64,000 bases of DNA from Candidatus Multivoradales bacterium. GTDB lineage: Bacteria; Acidobacteriota; Thermoanaerobaculia; Multivoradales; JAHEKO01. Position numbers and translations under genes: made by a program. Positions within the stretch are counted from its first letter, which is position 1; the number at the start of each line of letters is the position of its first letter. The stretch lies in NCBI GenBank assembly GCA_965223855.1, contig CBDCXM010000009.1, positions 2,464,001 through 2,528,000 of the forward strand. The letters are read 5' to 3'. Positions 37,351-47,554 of this stretch are shown here, piece by piece. The notes under the pieces were generated by a model. That model was not told the DNA's origin. It saw only the letters and a program-made list of their open reading frames with translations, and made no database searches.

Positions 37351-39123
37351 TTGCACCGGGGAGAGGACCGGCTGGTCGCCCTGGTGCTGGCGGCGCTGTT
37401 GTTCCTGCCCGTAGCCGAGGCGGCGATGCGGCTGCTCGGCGGCCGGGGAGTTCCCGGTTCGGTGCCAGTCGTTCAGCACCTGACGCTGTGGGTCGCCTTC
37501 CTGGGAGCCGCACTGGCGGCGCGCGACGAGAAGCTGCTCGTCATGGCCTCGGGCGAGTTCCTGCGTGGAGGGTGGAAGCGGTGGGGCAAGGTCTTCGCCG
37601 CGCTGGTCGCCTCTGCCAGCTCGGTGCTGCTGGCCGTCGCCTCCTGGGAGCTGGTCGGCATCGACCGGCAGGCGGGGGGCGAGATCGCGCTCGGGATTCC
37701 GGTGTGGTGGGCGCAGCTCGTGATGCCCATCTCCTTCGCCGTCATCGCCCTGCGCCTCGTCTGGCACTGCGGATCAGGTCGGATCGAGCGATCGGTCGCC
37801 GCTCTCGGGCTGCTGCTGGGAGCGGTCGTCGCCTGGCGGTGGGAGTCGCTCTATGACGCTCCGGGTTGGTGGGGGATCGCGCTGCTCGTGACCGGCACCC
37901 TGGCGGGTGGGCCGATCTTCGCCGCCCTCGGCGGAGCCGCCGTCTACCTCTTCCTGACCGACGGTGTGCCGGCGGCGGCGGTGCCGGCCGAGACCTACCG
38001 GCTCTCGGTCTCCCAGACCCTGCCGGCGATCCCACTCTTCACCCTGGCGGGGTTCCTGCTCGCCCGCGGCGAGTCGTCGCGGCGGCTGCTGCGGATCTTC
38101 CGGGCGCTCTTCGGCTGGGTGCCCGGAGGGACCGCGGTGGTGGCGACGGTCCTGTGCGCTTTCTTCACCGTCTTCACCGGTGGATCGGGAGTGACGATCC
38201 TCGCTCTCGGCGCCCTGCTCTTCCAGGCGCTGAGTTCCGACGGCTACCGGGAGCGCTTCTCGCTCGGGCTGCTGACTGCGTCCGGCTCACTCGGCCTCCT
38301 GTTCGCGCCGGCGCTGCCGCTGATCCTCTACGGCATCGTCGCTCAGGTGCCGATTCGCGAGCTCTTCGTCGGCGGAATCGTGCCGGGCGTGCTGCTGGTC
38401 GGCCTCCTGGCGCTGTGGGGAGTGAGGGAGGGGTTGCGGGGTGACACCGAGCGGGTGTCGTTCTCGGCGGCCGAGGCACGGTCGGCCGCCTGGGAGGCGA
38501 AATGGGAGCTGCTCCTGCCGTTCGTCACCCTCGGGCTGATCTTCGGCGGCTTCGCGACGCTGGTCGAGGCGGCCGCCTTCACCGCCCTCTACGCCATGGC
38601 ACTGGTGACGCTCTTCCATCGCGAGCTCGGTCTGCGCGCCGTGCGCGAGACACTGACCGAGTGCAGCCTGCTGCTGGGAGGCGTTCTCATCATTCTGGCC
38701 GTCGCCATGGGGCTGACCAGCTACCTCGTCGATGCGCAGATACCGGCGCAACTGCTCGCGTGGGTGGAAGCCAACATCCACTCGCCGCTCCTCTTCCTCC
38801 TGATGCTGAACCTCTTCCTGCTGCTGGTCGGCTGCCTGATGGACATCTTCTCGGCGATCGTCGTCGTCGTGCCGCTGATCGTGCCGCTGGGGGCGGCGTT
38901 CGGCATCGATCCGATCCACCTGGGGATCCTCTTCGTCGCCAACCTCGAGCTCGGCTACCTGACCCCTCCTGTGGGGCTCAATCTCTTCCTCGCCGCCTAT
39001 CGCTTCGACCGCCCTCTGCTCGAGGTATGGCGAGCGGCGCTCGTGCCGCTGGCGATCCTGGCGTTGGGCGTGCTGTTGATCACCTACGTTCCCGCGCTCA
39101 CCCTCTCGTTGCTCGGACGCTAG
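37351..39123 (+). CDS. TRAP transporter fused small and large permease (DctQM)
   Basis: DctQ-like N-terminus (HLTLWVAFLGA); DctM motifs AIPLFTLAG, FTGGSGVTI, GYLTPPVGLNLF; start may be slightly upstream. Confidence 0.9.
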   Translation: MHRGEDRLVALVLAALLFLPVAEAAMRLLGGRGVPGSVPVVQHLTLWVAFLGAALAARDEKLLVMASGEFLRGGWKRWGKVFAALVASASSVLLAVASWELVGIDRQAGGEIALGIPVWWAQLVMPISFAVIALRLVWHCGSGRIERSVAALGLLLGAVVAWRWESLYDAPGWWGIALLVTGTLAGGPIFAALGGAAVYLFLTDGVPAAAVPAETYRLSVSQTLPAIPLFTLAGFLLARGESSRRLLRIFRALFGWVPGGTAVVATVLCAFFTVFTGGSGVTILALGALLFQALSSDGYRERFSLGLLTASGSLGLLFAPALPLILYGIVAQVPIRELFVGGIVPGVLLVGLLALWGVREGLRGDTERVSFSAAEARSAAWEAKWELLLPFVTLGLIFGGFATLVEAAAFTALYAMALVTLFHRELGLRAVRETLTECSLLLGGVLIILAVAMGLTSYLVDAQIPAQLLAWVEANIHSPLLFLLMLNLFLLLVGCLMDIFSAIVVVVPLIVPLGAAFGIDPIHLGILFVANLELGYLTPPVGLNLFLAAYRFDRPLLEVWRAALVPLAILALGVLLITYVPALTLSLLGR

Positions 39124-39492
39124 GGCGAGGAGGCGGGCTCGAGCCTCACACGACCGTAGCGGCCGCAAGCGGCGCGGTGAAGGGCTTCGGGTAAGGCTTG
39201 AGCTTGCGGCCTGCGAGCGGTGAGCGTCGAGGGTCGCTCGTTGAGGCAGCTGCGGACTATTGGCCGAGACGGTTCCGGTTTCCGGGGAGCGTCGGGAGTT
39301 CACTGCACGAGGCTGAGCGTGGACCCAGGTGTGGCGTCAACGGTTTCGGCGAGCCGGCCGCGCCGCGACCGCGCCGATGCTGTTCCGGGAACCACGAGGG
39401 TGCAGCGATGAGGATGCACGTGGACTACCTGGCCTACCTGGAAGGCGACGGCGCCCTTACCTGCTGGATACGGCGAGGCGAGGAGAAGGCGC

Positions 39493-41010
39493 CTACCGCA
39501 ACCCGGGAATCCGCCGCATCCACCGGAACGCCCGGCTCAGCGCACTCGCCCGACCCTCGGAGTCGATCTTCGACAGGATCCCTTCGTAGCCGCCGCCGGT
39601 CGTGACGCTCGAGACGATGCTGTGAGTGCGGGTGAAGCGTCGGATGCCGTCGGCACCGTGGCGCCGGCCGAGACCGCTCTGCTTGACGCCCCCCATCGGC
39701 ACGTCGAAGGTGTTGTAGACGATCAGCGACGAGTTGATGTGGACCGAGCCGGCGTCGATCCGGCGGGCCAGCTCCTGGGAACTCCCCTCGGAGCCGGTCC
39801 AGACGGAGGCGTTGAGGCCGTAGTCGGTGTCGTTGGCGCGTTCGAGCGCCTCGTCGGCGCCGGCGACCGGGTAGAGCGCGACGACCGGTCCGAAGGTCTC
39901 GTGGCAGGCGAGTTCCATCGACGGATCGACTCCGGTCAGCAGCGTCGGGGCGACGAAGGTCGGACCCTTTTCGGGGAGCGCACCGCCGCCGGTTCGCACT
40001 TGTGCGCCTTTCGCCACGGCGTCGTCGATGTGGCCGAGCACCTTGTCCCTGTGGACCTCGCTGACGAGGCATCCCATGTCGATGTTCCAGTCGGTCGAGT
40101 AGCCGACCTCGAGCGCCTCGGCCCTCCTCACCGCCGCCTCGACGAACGGTTCGAAGATCGACTCCTCGATGTAGGCACGCTCCATGGCGATGCAGGTCTG
40201 GCCGGCGTTGTAGAAGGCTCCGCTCACGAAGCCCCGAGCGGCCGCCTCGACGTCGGCTCCCTCGAGCACGATCAGCGGGTTCTTGCCGCCGAGCTCGAGC
40301 GAATGGGGGATGAGCCTCTCGCCGGCCCGCGCCGCGACCTTGCGGCCGACCGCCGCGCTGCCGGTGAAACTGATGTAGTCGACGCTGTCGACCAGTGCCG
40401 CGCCGGCGGAAGGTCCGTCGCCGTGAACCAGCTGGAAGACGCCGTCGCCGAACCCGCACTGCGCCAGCAGCGCGGCTCCGATCTCGGCCGACAGCGGCGT
40501 GAGCTCGGAAGGCTTGACCACCACCGTGTTGCCTGCGAGCAGCGCCGGCAGGGCGTCGGCGATCGCGAGGATGAAGGGGTAGTTCCACGGCGAGATGATC
40601 CCGACGACTCCGTGAGGCCGCCGGATCACCCGTGCCGAGGTCAGAAAGGGGCTTGCCCCCGGGTGCTCGCGCTCGGCGAGGTGATCACCGCCGTGAGCGC
40701 CGTAGTAGCGCGCCGTGCCGGCGACGGTCAGGATCTCCATCAGCGCCTCGCGACGCGGCTTGCCGCTTTCGCGCTGGACCGTATCGAGAATCTCCTCGCG
40801 CCGATCGAACAGCAGGTCGTGGAAGCGCTTCAGCCGGCGCGTCCGCTCCCCGAGGCCCAGTCCCTCCCAGGTCGGTTGGGCGGCTCGTGCCGCGGCCACC
40901 GCGTCTCCGACGCCCGCGGGCGAAGCCGCATCGACGCAGCCGACCCGCTCACCGGTGGCGGGGTTGTGGACGACGATCTGCGAATCTTCGACTCGCTGTG
41001 CTTGTGCCAT
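39493..41010 (-). CDS. Aldehyde dehydrogenase (succinate-semialdehyde dehydrogenase-like)
   Basis: ISPWNYP, VKPSE, FTGS, LELGGKNP, NAGQTC, ETFGP, GGVKQSG. Confidence 0.93.
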   Translation of the reverse strand: MAQAQRVEDSQIVVHNPATGERVGCVDAASPAGVGDAVAAARAAQPTWEGLGLGERTRRLKRFHDLLFDRREEILDTVQRESGKPRREALMEILTVAGTARYYGAHGGDHLAEREHPGASPFLTSARVIRRPHGVVGIISPWNYPFILAIADALPALLAGNTVVVKPSELTPLSAEIGAALLAQCGFGDGVFQLVHGDGPSAGAALVDSVDYISFTGSAAVGRKVAARAGERLIPHSLELGGKNPLIVLEGADVEAAARGFVSGAFYNAGQTCIAMERAYIEESIFEPFVEAAVRRAEALEVGYSTDWNIDMGCLVSEVHRDKVLGHIDDAVAKGAQVRTGGGALPEKGPTFVAPTLLTGVDPSMELACHETFGPVVALYPVAGADEALERANDTDYGLNASVWTGSEGSSQELARRIDAGSVHINSSLIVYNTFDVPMGGVKQSGLGRRHGADGIRRFTRTHSIVSSVTTGGGYEGILSKIDSEGRASALSRAFRWMRRIPGLR

Positions 41011-41075
41011 GAGGCGAGCGTATCGTGACGGCCGCAACGGCCGGCCGCTACCGGCGGGCAGGCGCGGCTTCCCGG

Positions 41076-41387
41076 CTATCGGTCAGCGACCAGCGTCACA
41101 GAGGTGGCCCCCCAACCGCCCGCTTCCGGGGGCGCGTCGCCGAAGGTCACGACCCGAGGATCGCGCTCGAGCAGCGTCCGGACGCTCCTGCGCTGGGTGC
41201 CGGTGCCGCGACCGTGGATGATGCGCAGGTGAATCAGGCCCTTTTCGACCGCCGCGTCCAGGTAGGCGCGAACGACGCTCGGTACCTCGGACGGGCGGAA
41301 GGGATGCAGGTCGATCACGTCCGTGATCTCGACCTCGATCGGGTCGTCGGGGTCCGGCTCTACCGGCCGTTCGGGCTCGTCGCTCAT
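41076..41387 (-). CDS. Stand-alone Smr domain protein (103 aa)
   Basis: IDLHPF, RIIHGRGTG, GGWGAT; ATGA overlap with the upstream gene. Confidence 0.9.
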   Translation of the reverse strand: MSDEPERPVEPDPDDPIEVEITDVIDLHPFRPSEVPSVVRAYLDAAVEKGLIHLRIIHGRGTGTQRRSVRTLLERDPRVVTFGDAPPEAGGWGATSVTLVADR

Positions 41388-44317
41388 TTGAAGAGCTTCA
41401 GGAAGGCGAGGAAGAGCGTGAAGCCGTCGTCGTCGGGCCCGGCCACCGGGACGCCGACGTCGAGGTTGACGACGGTCTGCCACGGCCCCAGGAAGGTGCC
41501 GGCGACGCCGACGCCGGCCAGCAGCTCGTTGTCGAGACCGGTCGGCTCGTCGGTCGCCCAGGCGGCATCGGCGACCGCCTCGAGCCGAAACAGCTCGCCG
41601 ATCTCGAAGCCGTAGCTGGTTCGCAGCACCGTGGCGGACTCCGCCTGCACGAGACCGCTCTCGTAGCCGTGGACCTGCGCATCGCTGAAGTAGCCGAAGC
41701 CGTACTTGCTGAACCGGTCGAGGTTCTCGCCGTCGAGATACTCGACCTCGACGCCGAAGCGGCGGAAGCTCGAAAGATGGAAGTTCTTGGCCGCCCGCAC
41801 GCCCCAGCGGACGAAGGCGTCGGTCTCGGGGTCGAACGGCTCGTCGGGCATTCCCCACGCCGACCAGTCGGAGCGCTTGTTGTAGCTCCCCTCCAGTCGG
41901 AGCCGGTAGCCGCTGCGGGCGAAGCGCGCGCCGAACTCGAGGGAGTGGAGGAGGTGATCTTCGGGGACGACGAACTCTTCCCCCGTGTCGTCGGCGCGGC
42001 CGAACCGGAGAGACGTCAGCTGATACTCGGCGCTGAGCTTGAGGTAGTTGCCTACAGGTCGTCCGAGCGTGAACGAGACGTTCGAGCTCTGGAGTTCGAC
42101 GTCCTCGTCCGGTACCTCCACGCCGTCGCGGTAGGTGCTGTTGGTGAACGGGATCCCGAGCACGAACGCCTCGGCTCCCGCGTCCCACCGGCTGCCGAGG
42201 AAGTCCGGATCGGAGATCGTCCCGTTGGCGAGCACGCCGGCGAAGAAGAGGTTCGCCTGGGCACCCGTCCCCTTGAAATCGAAGGAGAACCAGTTGACGC
42301 CGGCGAGCGGCAGCGGGAAGTCGAGCGACTCGTCGTAGAACACACCGCCGACGAGGAAGAGCCGGGTCTTGTCGAACTCCTCCTGCACGACCCGCTCGCC
42401 GGTCTCCTTGTCCGCGACGAGGAATCGCAGACCCTCTTCGGTGTCGCGGACCATCGTCGTCTCGCCGTCACGGATCGCCTGACGGCGGGAGGCGAAACCG
42501 TCGTCGTTGATCCGCAGCTGAGCGAGCAGGGTTTCCTTCTCGACGTTGACCGTGGCGTTGAGGACCGAGAAGATCTGTTGACTGACGACGCGCAGCGGCA
42601 GCGTGAACTCCGCCGTCTCCCAACTCGCGGAGTTCCCGGCAGCATCGAGCGGTGAGTAGTAGAGCGTTTCGTCGTTGGAGATCACCTCGCCGGTGAGCCC
42701 GATCTGGAGCGCCCGGGTCCGCACCCGGAGATACTCCTGGCGGTCGATCCAGACGGTGCCCTGGTAGCGGTTGCCGGCCGCGCCCGCCACCGGCTCGAAG
42801 TCGACCACCCAGCAATCGCGCCCCTCGATCGTGTCGGTTCCCCGCAACGAGTAGCGGTAGTCGCGGTCGAAGTTGATCTCGAGCGGCAGCGTGGCGGCCT
42901 TCTCCGGCTGGACGAGAGGGATCTCCGGGATCCGCTTGGATCGCCAGCGCACGCCGTTGACGTAGAAGCTCTCCCACGACCAGTCGTACGGCTCGCCGGT
43001 GACGGCGAAGAACGGACCCTCGAAGGTCGCCTCCACCGTCCGCACGCCGGTTCCCCCTTCGAAGCGCAGGTGTGTCGTGTTGACCGCCTCGTAATGGTCG
43101 AGGCGGCGGGTCTGGTCGTCCTCGTTCGCCTGCAGCCGGCGGAGGATCTCGGAGACCGGCATCGTCCGCTCGGTGGTGATCGTCACTTCCTCGGCGAGCC
43201 CTGTCTCCCCGACGAGGTCGGCCAGGTCTGGTCGCTGGAGGTCGAGGATCCCGGCCGCGCCGGCGCCGTCGATCGGAACCGTGAGCCCGGTTGCGGTCCT
43301 GCCGAGTCCGAAGACCTCCTCGGAGGCTCCGGTCGTGAGATCGACGAGTCTCGGCTGCCGGAGGGTCGTATCGGCGAACTCGAGACGGCTGCCGGCCACC
43401 GAGCGATCGAAGACGACCATGAGGGAGAGGTCTTCACCGCGAACGAAAGCCCACGCGCCGGGCGGGGAGGAGTATGGGTCGAACGAAAGGTCCTCGCCGC
43501 GGAAGCGATTGGCAGCCACCTTGAGTGGGGTGAGCAGCGCTGCGGCCTCACTCCCCGGCTCGGTGGAGCCGAGGGAGAAGAAGGTGACGGCCGCGCCGTC
43601 CGCCGCCTGCCGGGCCGCTTCGGCGGCGGCGAGCGAAGCGTCGGCGGGAAGCGCTCGACCGTAGGTCACGACCGGCTTTCCGGGATCGAGCGACTGCAGG
43701 AGCGTGACGAGCTCCTCGCCGACGGTGCGGTCGGGAACCGCGATCCCATCGACGTAGGCGGCAATCTCTTCGTCGTAGAGAGCGGAGAGCCAGGACGCTG
43801 CCGTGTCGGCCGGTCGGGCCAGGACGCGCGCTTCGGGAGCAGCCCCCGTCAGGGCCACGGCCGCCCTCTTGAGCAGGTTGGCGTACTGCGGGGAATTCGA
43901 GCCGTCGGCCGTCCACTCGATCTCGTAGTGGGTGGTCGAGGCGGCGCCCCTGGCTGCCGTCGCCAGCGCTTCGAGCTCGGCTTCGAGCTGGAGGGCGTGG
44001 TCCGCGAGCGGCGCCGGTGTGTCAAAGCGGACCCGAAGCCACGGGATCGCTCCGGTCGCCACGACACGATGGGTGAGCTCCGGCGTGTCCGCCAGCCCTG
44101 CCGCCGAGCTGTTCCAGGCAACGTAGAGCCGGGCTCCCTCATTCAGGCCGGGCTCGGCGGCGATCGCCTCCAGCAGCGCGGCCGGATCGACGACCTCGAT
44201 GCCGAGACACGGTTGGCAGGGTGGAGTGGCCGCTCCGGAGGCGGCTGCCGCCAGCAGCAGGAGCAAGGCGGTCGGAAGGAGCCGCCGGTGAGCGGGGCTC
44301 GAAAGCTCGGGGGACAT
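41384..44317 (-). CDS. 977-aa exported/outer-membrane protein: GH-like N-terminus, LolA/RseB-like middle, beta-barrel C-terminus
   Basis: Signal peptide; YANLLKRAAVAL...AAYVDGIAV; YRYSLRGTDTIEGRDCWVVDFEP...GTVWID; amphipathic strands ending LFLAFLKLFK; GAGGAG RBS. Confidence 0.7.
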   Translation of the reverse strand: MSPELSSPAHRRLLPTALLLLLAAAASGAATPPCQPCLGIEVVDPAALLEAIAAEPGLNEGARLYVAWNSSAAGLADTPELTHRVVATGAIPWLRVRFDTPAPLADHALQLEAELEALATAARGAASTTHYEIEWTADGSNSPQYANLLKRAAVALTGAAPEARVLARPADTAASWLSALYDEEIAAYVDGIAVPDRTVGEELVTLLQSLDPGKPVVTYGRALPADASLAAAEAARQAADGAAVTFFSLGSTEPGSEAAALLTPLKVAANRFRGEDLSFDPYSSPPGAWAFVRGEDLSLMVVFDRSVAGSRLEFADTTLRQPRLVDLTTGASEEVFGLGRTATGLTVPIDGAGAAGILDLQRPDLADLVGETGLAEEVTITTERTMPVSEILRRLQANEDDQTRRLDHYEAVNTTHLRFEGGTGVRTVEATFEGPFFAVTGEPYDWSWESFYVNGVRWRSKRIPEIPLVQPEKAATLPLEINFDRDYRYSLRGTDTIEGRDCWVVDFEPVAGAAGNRYQGTVWIDRQEYLRVRTRALQIGLTGEVISNDETLYYSPLDAAGNSASWETAEFTLPLRVVSQQIFSVLNATVNVEKETLLAQLRINDDGFASRRQAIRDGETTMVRDTEEGLRFLVADKETGERVVQEEFDKTRLFLVGGVFYDESLDFPLPLAGVNWFSFDFKGTGAQANLFFAGVLANGTISDPDFLGSRWDAGAEAFVLGIPFTNSTYRDGVEVPDEDVELQSSNVSFTLGRPVGNYLKLSAEYQLTSLRFGRADDTGEEFVVPEDHLLHSLEFGARFARSGYRLRLEGSYNKRSDWSAWGMPDEPFDPETDAFVRWGVRAAKNFHLSSFRRFGVEVEYLDGENLDRFSKYGFGYFSDAQVHGYESGLVQAESATVLRTSYGFEIGELFRLEAVADAAWATDEPTGLDNELLAGVGVAGTFLGPWQTVVNLDVGVPVAGPDDDGFTLFLAFLKLFK

Positions 44318-44378
44318 GAGGACTCCTCGTGAGAGGGGCTACCGGTAGCAGTTGCCGTGGCGTGCCGCTCTTGCAGGT

Positions 44379-46289
44379 TCAGTCTTCGATGGCGGTCGGC
44401 CTTCCCAGCCAGCGCACCACTACCACGATGATCACGCTCCCCAGCAACAGCGAGATCCAGGGGCTCATTCCGTAGGCGGTGGGAATGTCGCCGACGACGA
44501 TACCGAGCAGCCCGGCGCCGAGAGCGTAGGGGATCTGTGTACGGACGTGCGCGATGTGATCGCAGCCCGAGGCGGTGCTGGAGAGGATGGTGGTGTCCGA
44601 GATCGGCGAACAGTGGTCTCCCCAGACGCTTCCTGCCAGCACCGAGGAGATCGTTCCTACGAGCACGGTCGAATAGGTGGCGTCGGTCACTGCCATGCCG
44701 GCCGATCCGGCGACCGCGTGAGCAATCGGGATGACGAGCGGCATGAGGATGCTGAGGGTGCCCCACGACGAGCCGGTGGCGAAGGCGATCAGCGCCGAGA
44801 GGACGAAGACGATCGCCGGCAGCCACTGCGGCGACAGGACGGCCTCGGTCAGCCGGACGACGTAGTCGGCGGTGTGGAGCTCGGTGCAGACGCTGCCAAT
44901 CGACCAGGCGAGTGTGAGGACGATGAGCGCGAGCAGCATCGACTTGAATCCCTCGACCATCGCCTCCATCGTCTGGGCGAAGGTGAGGATCCGTTGCGCG
45001 AGCGGCAGCAGCGCCGCCAGGATCACTCCTCCGAGACTCGCCCACAGCAACGCCTTGTAGCTGTCCGAGTTGCCCAGGATCGCTCGCGTCCACTCGCTCG
45101 CGGAGCCGTAGTCGGCGCGCACCAGGCCGGCACGCCCGGTCAGCCAGAGCCCGAGTACCGTGATGACGATGATGCCGAGGATCGGGACGAAGGCGTTGAG
45201 GGCGCGTCGCGGGGCCCCCTCGGGTGGCGCGAGCTTCTCCGCACCGAAATCGGACAGCGGCGTCGCGTCGTCGTCGGACACCTTGCCGGTGGTACGGGCG
45301 CGCCGCTCCGCCTTCCACATCGGCCCGAAATCGCGCCCCGACACCGCGATCGTGAAGCCGAGCACGAGGGCAAAGATCGGGTAGAAGCGGAACGGGATCG
45401 ACGACAGGAACAGGTTGTAGCCGTCGAATGGCAGTCCGAGGGCGGTGACCGCAGCTGCGATCAAGCCGACCTCGAAGCCGATCCACGAAGAGAACGGCAC
45501 CACGCTCGCCACCGGAGCGGCGGTCGAGTCGACGATGTAGGCGAGCTTCTCGCGGCTGATCTTCAGGCGGTCGGAAAGCGGCCGCATCGTCGAGCCGACG
45601 ATCAGCGAATTGGAGTAGTCGTCGAAAAAGATCAGGACCCCCATCAGCCAGGTCGCGACCTGGCCCCGTACCGCGGTGGTGGCGAATGATCGCAGCCGCT
45701 CGACGATGCCGTGGGTGCCGCCGGATCGGGTCACGAGGGCTACCATGCCGCCCAGCAGGAGGGTGAAGACGAGGATGCTCGCCTGACCGCCGTCGGTGAG
45801 GGTGGGGGCGATGAACTGGTCGATCGTCCGGGCGAGCGAGGTCAGCGGGTTCCAGCCGTTGAGCACCATCGCGCCGCCGAAGACTCCGAGAAACAGCGAC
45901 AGGAGGACGTCCTTGAAGGCGATCGCCAGCCCGATTGCCAGCAGCGGTGGCAGTAGAGAGAGCCAGCCAGGGAGGACACGGACCTCGGCCTGCGCGACGA
46001 CTCCCCGGGAACTCGCCACCACCGAGTGGGTGCCGCTCGAGAGGCTCGCCCGCTCGAGCACCACTTCGTGGCTGCCCGCCGTGAGGGTTTCCTCATGGAC
46101 CTGAGCCCCGTCGATGAGGAAGGAGACCGCGACCGCTTCCTCGGTCCCTCCGACCTCGACGTCGAGATGAAGCTGAGTGCCGCTCAGCGCAGCGCCGGCG
46201 GCGGAGACCTCGAGCGTCGGCTCTGCCAACGCCGCGCCGGCGAGTGCGAGCGCGATGAGAACGACGGCCGCCGCTCGAAGCTTCGGCAT
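44379..46289 (-). CDS. Na+/H+ antiporter NhaC family protein with N-terminal Ig-like periplasmic domain
   Basis: IFFDDYSN, KLAYIVDSTAAP, FATGSSWGT, WGDHCSPISDTTILSS. Confidence 0.9.
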   Translation of the reverse strand: MPKLRAAAVVLIALALAGAALAEPTLEVSAAGAALSGTQLHLDVEVGGTEEAVAVSFLIDGAQVHEETLTAGSHEVVLERASLSSGTHSVVASSRGVVAQAEVRVLPGWLSLLPPLLAIGLAIAFKDVLLSLFLGVFGGAMVLNGWNPLTSLARTIDQFIAPTLTDGGQASILVFTLLLGGMVALVTRSGGTHGIVERLRSFATTAVRGQVATWLMGVLIFFDDYSNSLIVGSTMRPLSDRLKISREKLAYIVDSTAAPVASVVPFSSWIGFEVGLIAAAVTALGLPFDGYNLFLSSIPFRFYPIFALVLGFTIAVSGRDFGPMWKAERRARTTGKVSDDDATPLSDFGAEKLAPPEGAPRRALNAFVPILGIIVITVLGLWLTGRAGLVRADYGSASEWTRAILGNSDSYKALLWASLGGVILAALLPLAQRILTFAQTMEAMVEGFKSMLLALIVLTLAWSIGSVCTELHTADYVVRLTEAVLSPQWLPAIVFVLSALIAFATGSSWGTLSILMPLVIPIAHAVAGSAGMAVTDATYSTVLVGTISSVLAGSVWGDHCSPISDTTILSSTASGCDHIAHVRTQIPYALGAGLLGIVVGDIPTAYGMSPWISLLLGSVIIVVVVRWLGRPTAIED

Positions 46290-46303
46290 CCGGATCCGGC
46301 CCC

Positions 46304-47386
46304 TCAGTTCTCGGCGGCCGCTTCGGCTGCGGCTTCTTCCGCCTCTTCCGCCTCTTCCGCCTCTTCCGCGCCTTCGGCGGCTTCGAGCGGCGGCAGGCCG
46401 AGCTCGACCCGTAGCGCTGCCTCGAGCTCATCGGCCAGATCCGGGTTGTCGCGCAGGAACTGTTTGGCGTTCTCACGCCCCTGCCCGAGCCGGACGTCGC
46501 CGTAGTTGTACCAGGCGCCGCTCTTGCCGACGAGCTTGTGGTCGACCCCCATGTCGATCAGTTCGCCGGGGCGCGAAATGCCCTCGCCGTAGTCGATGTC
46601 GAACTCGGCGATGCGGAAGGGAGCCGCCACCTTGTTCTTCACCAGCTTGACCTTGGCGCGTGAGCCGACGACGACGTCGCCGTCCTTGAGCGTGCCGATG
46701 CGGCGGATATCGATGCGCACCGACGAATAGAACTTCAGGGCACGGCCGCCGGTCGTCGTCTCCGGGCTGCCGAACATGACACCGATCTTTTCGCGAATCT
46801 GGTTGATGAAGACCAGGCAGGTCTTCGACTTGGCGACGATCGCCGTGAGCTTGCGCAGCGCTTGCGACATGAGGCGCGCCTGCAGGCCCACGTGGCTGTC
46901 TCCCATCTCGCCCTCGAGCTCCGCGCGCGGCACGAGTGCGGCGACCGAATCGACGACCACGACGTCGAGCGAGTTGCTCCGCACGAGCATCTCGGCAATC
47001 TCGAGCGCCTGCTCGCCGAAGTCCGGCTGCGAGATCAGGAGGTTGTCGATATCGACGCCGATCTTCTGTGCGTACTCCGCGTCGATCGCGTGCTCGGCGT
47101 CGATGAAGGCCGCGGCGCCGCCCATCTTCTGCGCCTGGGCGACCACCGACAGTGCGAGGGTCGTCTTGCCCGACGACTCCGGCCCGTAGATTTCGACTAC
47201 CCGACCGCGCGGAAAGCCGCCGATGCCGACGGCAGCGTCGATGGCGATCGAGCCGGTCGGGATGTTCGGGATCGACAGCACGTCGCGCTGCCCGAGTCTC
47301 ATGATCGCGCCCTTGCCGAACTGCCGTTCGATCTGGGAAAGGGCGCCGTCGATGGCCTTCATGCGGTCCTTCTGGGCGTTACTCAT
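46304..47386 (-). CDS. recA: Recombinase A (360 aa)
   Basis: [50 protein letters not shown]; AAGGAG RBS. Confidence 0.99.
   Translation of the reverse strand: MSNAQKDRMKAIDGALSQIERQFGKGAIMRLGQRDVLSIPNIPTGSIAIDAAVGIGGFPRGRVVEIYGPESSGKTTLALSVVAQAQKMGGAAAFIDAEHAIDAEYAQKIGVDIDNLLISQPDFGEQALEIAEMLVRSNSLDVVVVDSVAALVPRAELEGEMGDSHVGLQARLMSQALRKLTAIVAKSKTCLVFINQIREKIGVMFGSPETTTGGRALKFYSSVRIDIRRIGTLKDGDVVVGSRAKVKLVKNKVAAPFRIAEFDIDYGEGISRPGELIDMGVDHKLVGKSGAWYNYGDVRLGQGRENAKQFLRDNPDLADELEAALRVELGLPPLEAAEGAEEAEEAEEAEEAAAEAAAEN
46332..46367. repeat. 9-bp tandem repeat (GCCTCTTCC x3 plus one imperfect copy) encoding the acidic RecA tail
   Basis: Copies at 46341, 46350 and 46359; imperfect copy at 46332. 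Confidence 0.85.
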
Positions 47387-47455
47387 GGGGGCTCCTTGGG
47401 GCGGCCGCGAACCGGTCCGGAAGGCGGCCGATATACTCGTGAACGTCGCAGCGGC

Positions 47456-47484
47456 ATCGTAGCCGCCGCCTGACACAGCGTCAA
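47456..47484 (-). promoter_or_regulatory. Sigma70-type recA promoter TTGACG-N17-TACGAT
   Basis: -35 at 47484-47479 and -10 at 47461-47456, about 70 nt upstream of the recA ATG. Confidence 0.75.
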
Positions 47485-47554
47485 ATGCGGGGGAGGATCG
47501 GCGCTCCCGTCGCGTCTCTACACCTCCAGACGGCCTTTGACCGGCGAATCTTGC

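Noticed and set aside
47409-47444. Possible LexA box (GTTC-N7-GTTC type) in the recA leader
   Set aside because: Only mismatched versions are present (CTTC-N7-GTTC, GTTC-N7-TATC), which cannot be told apart from chance.
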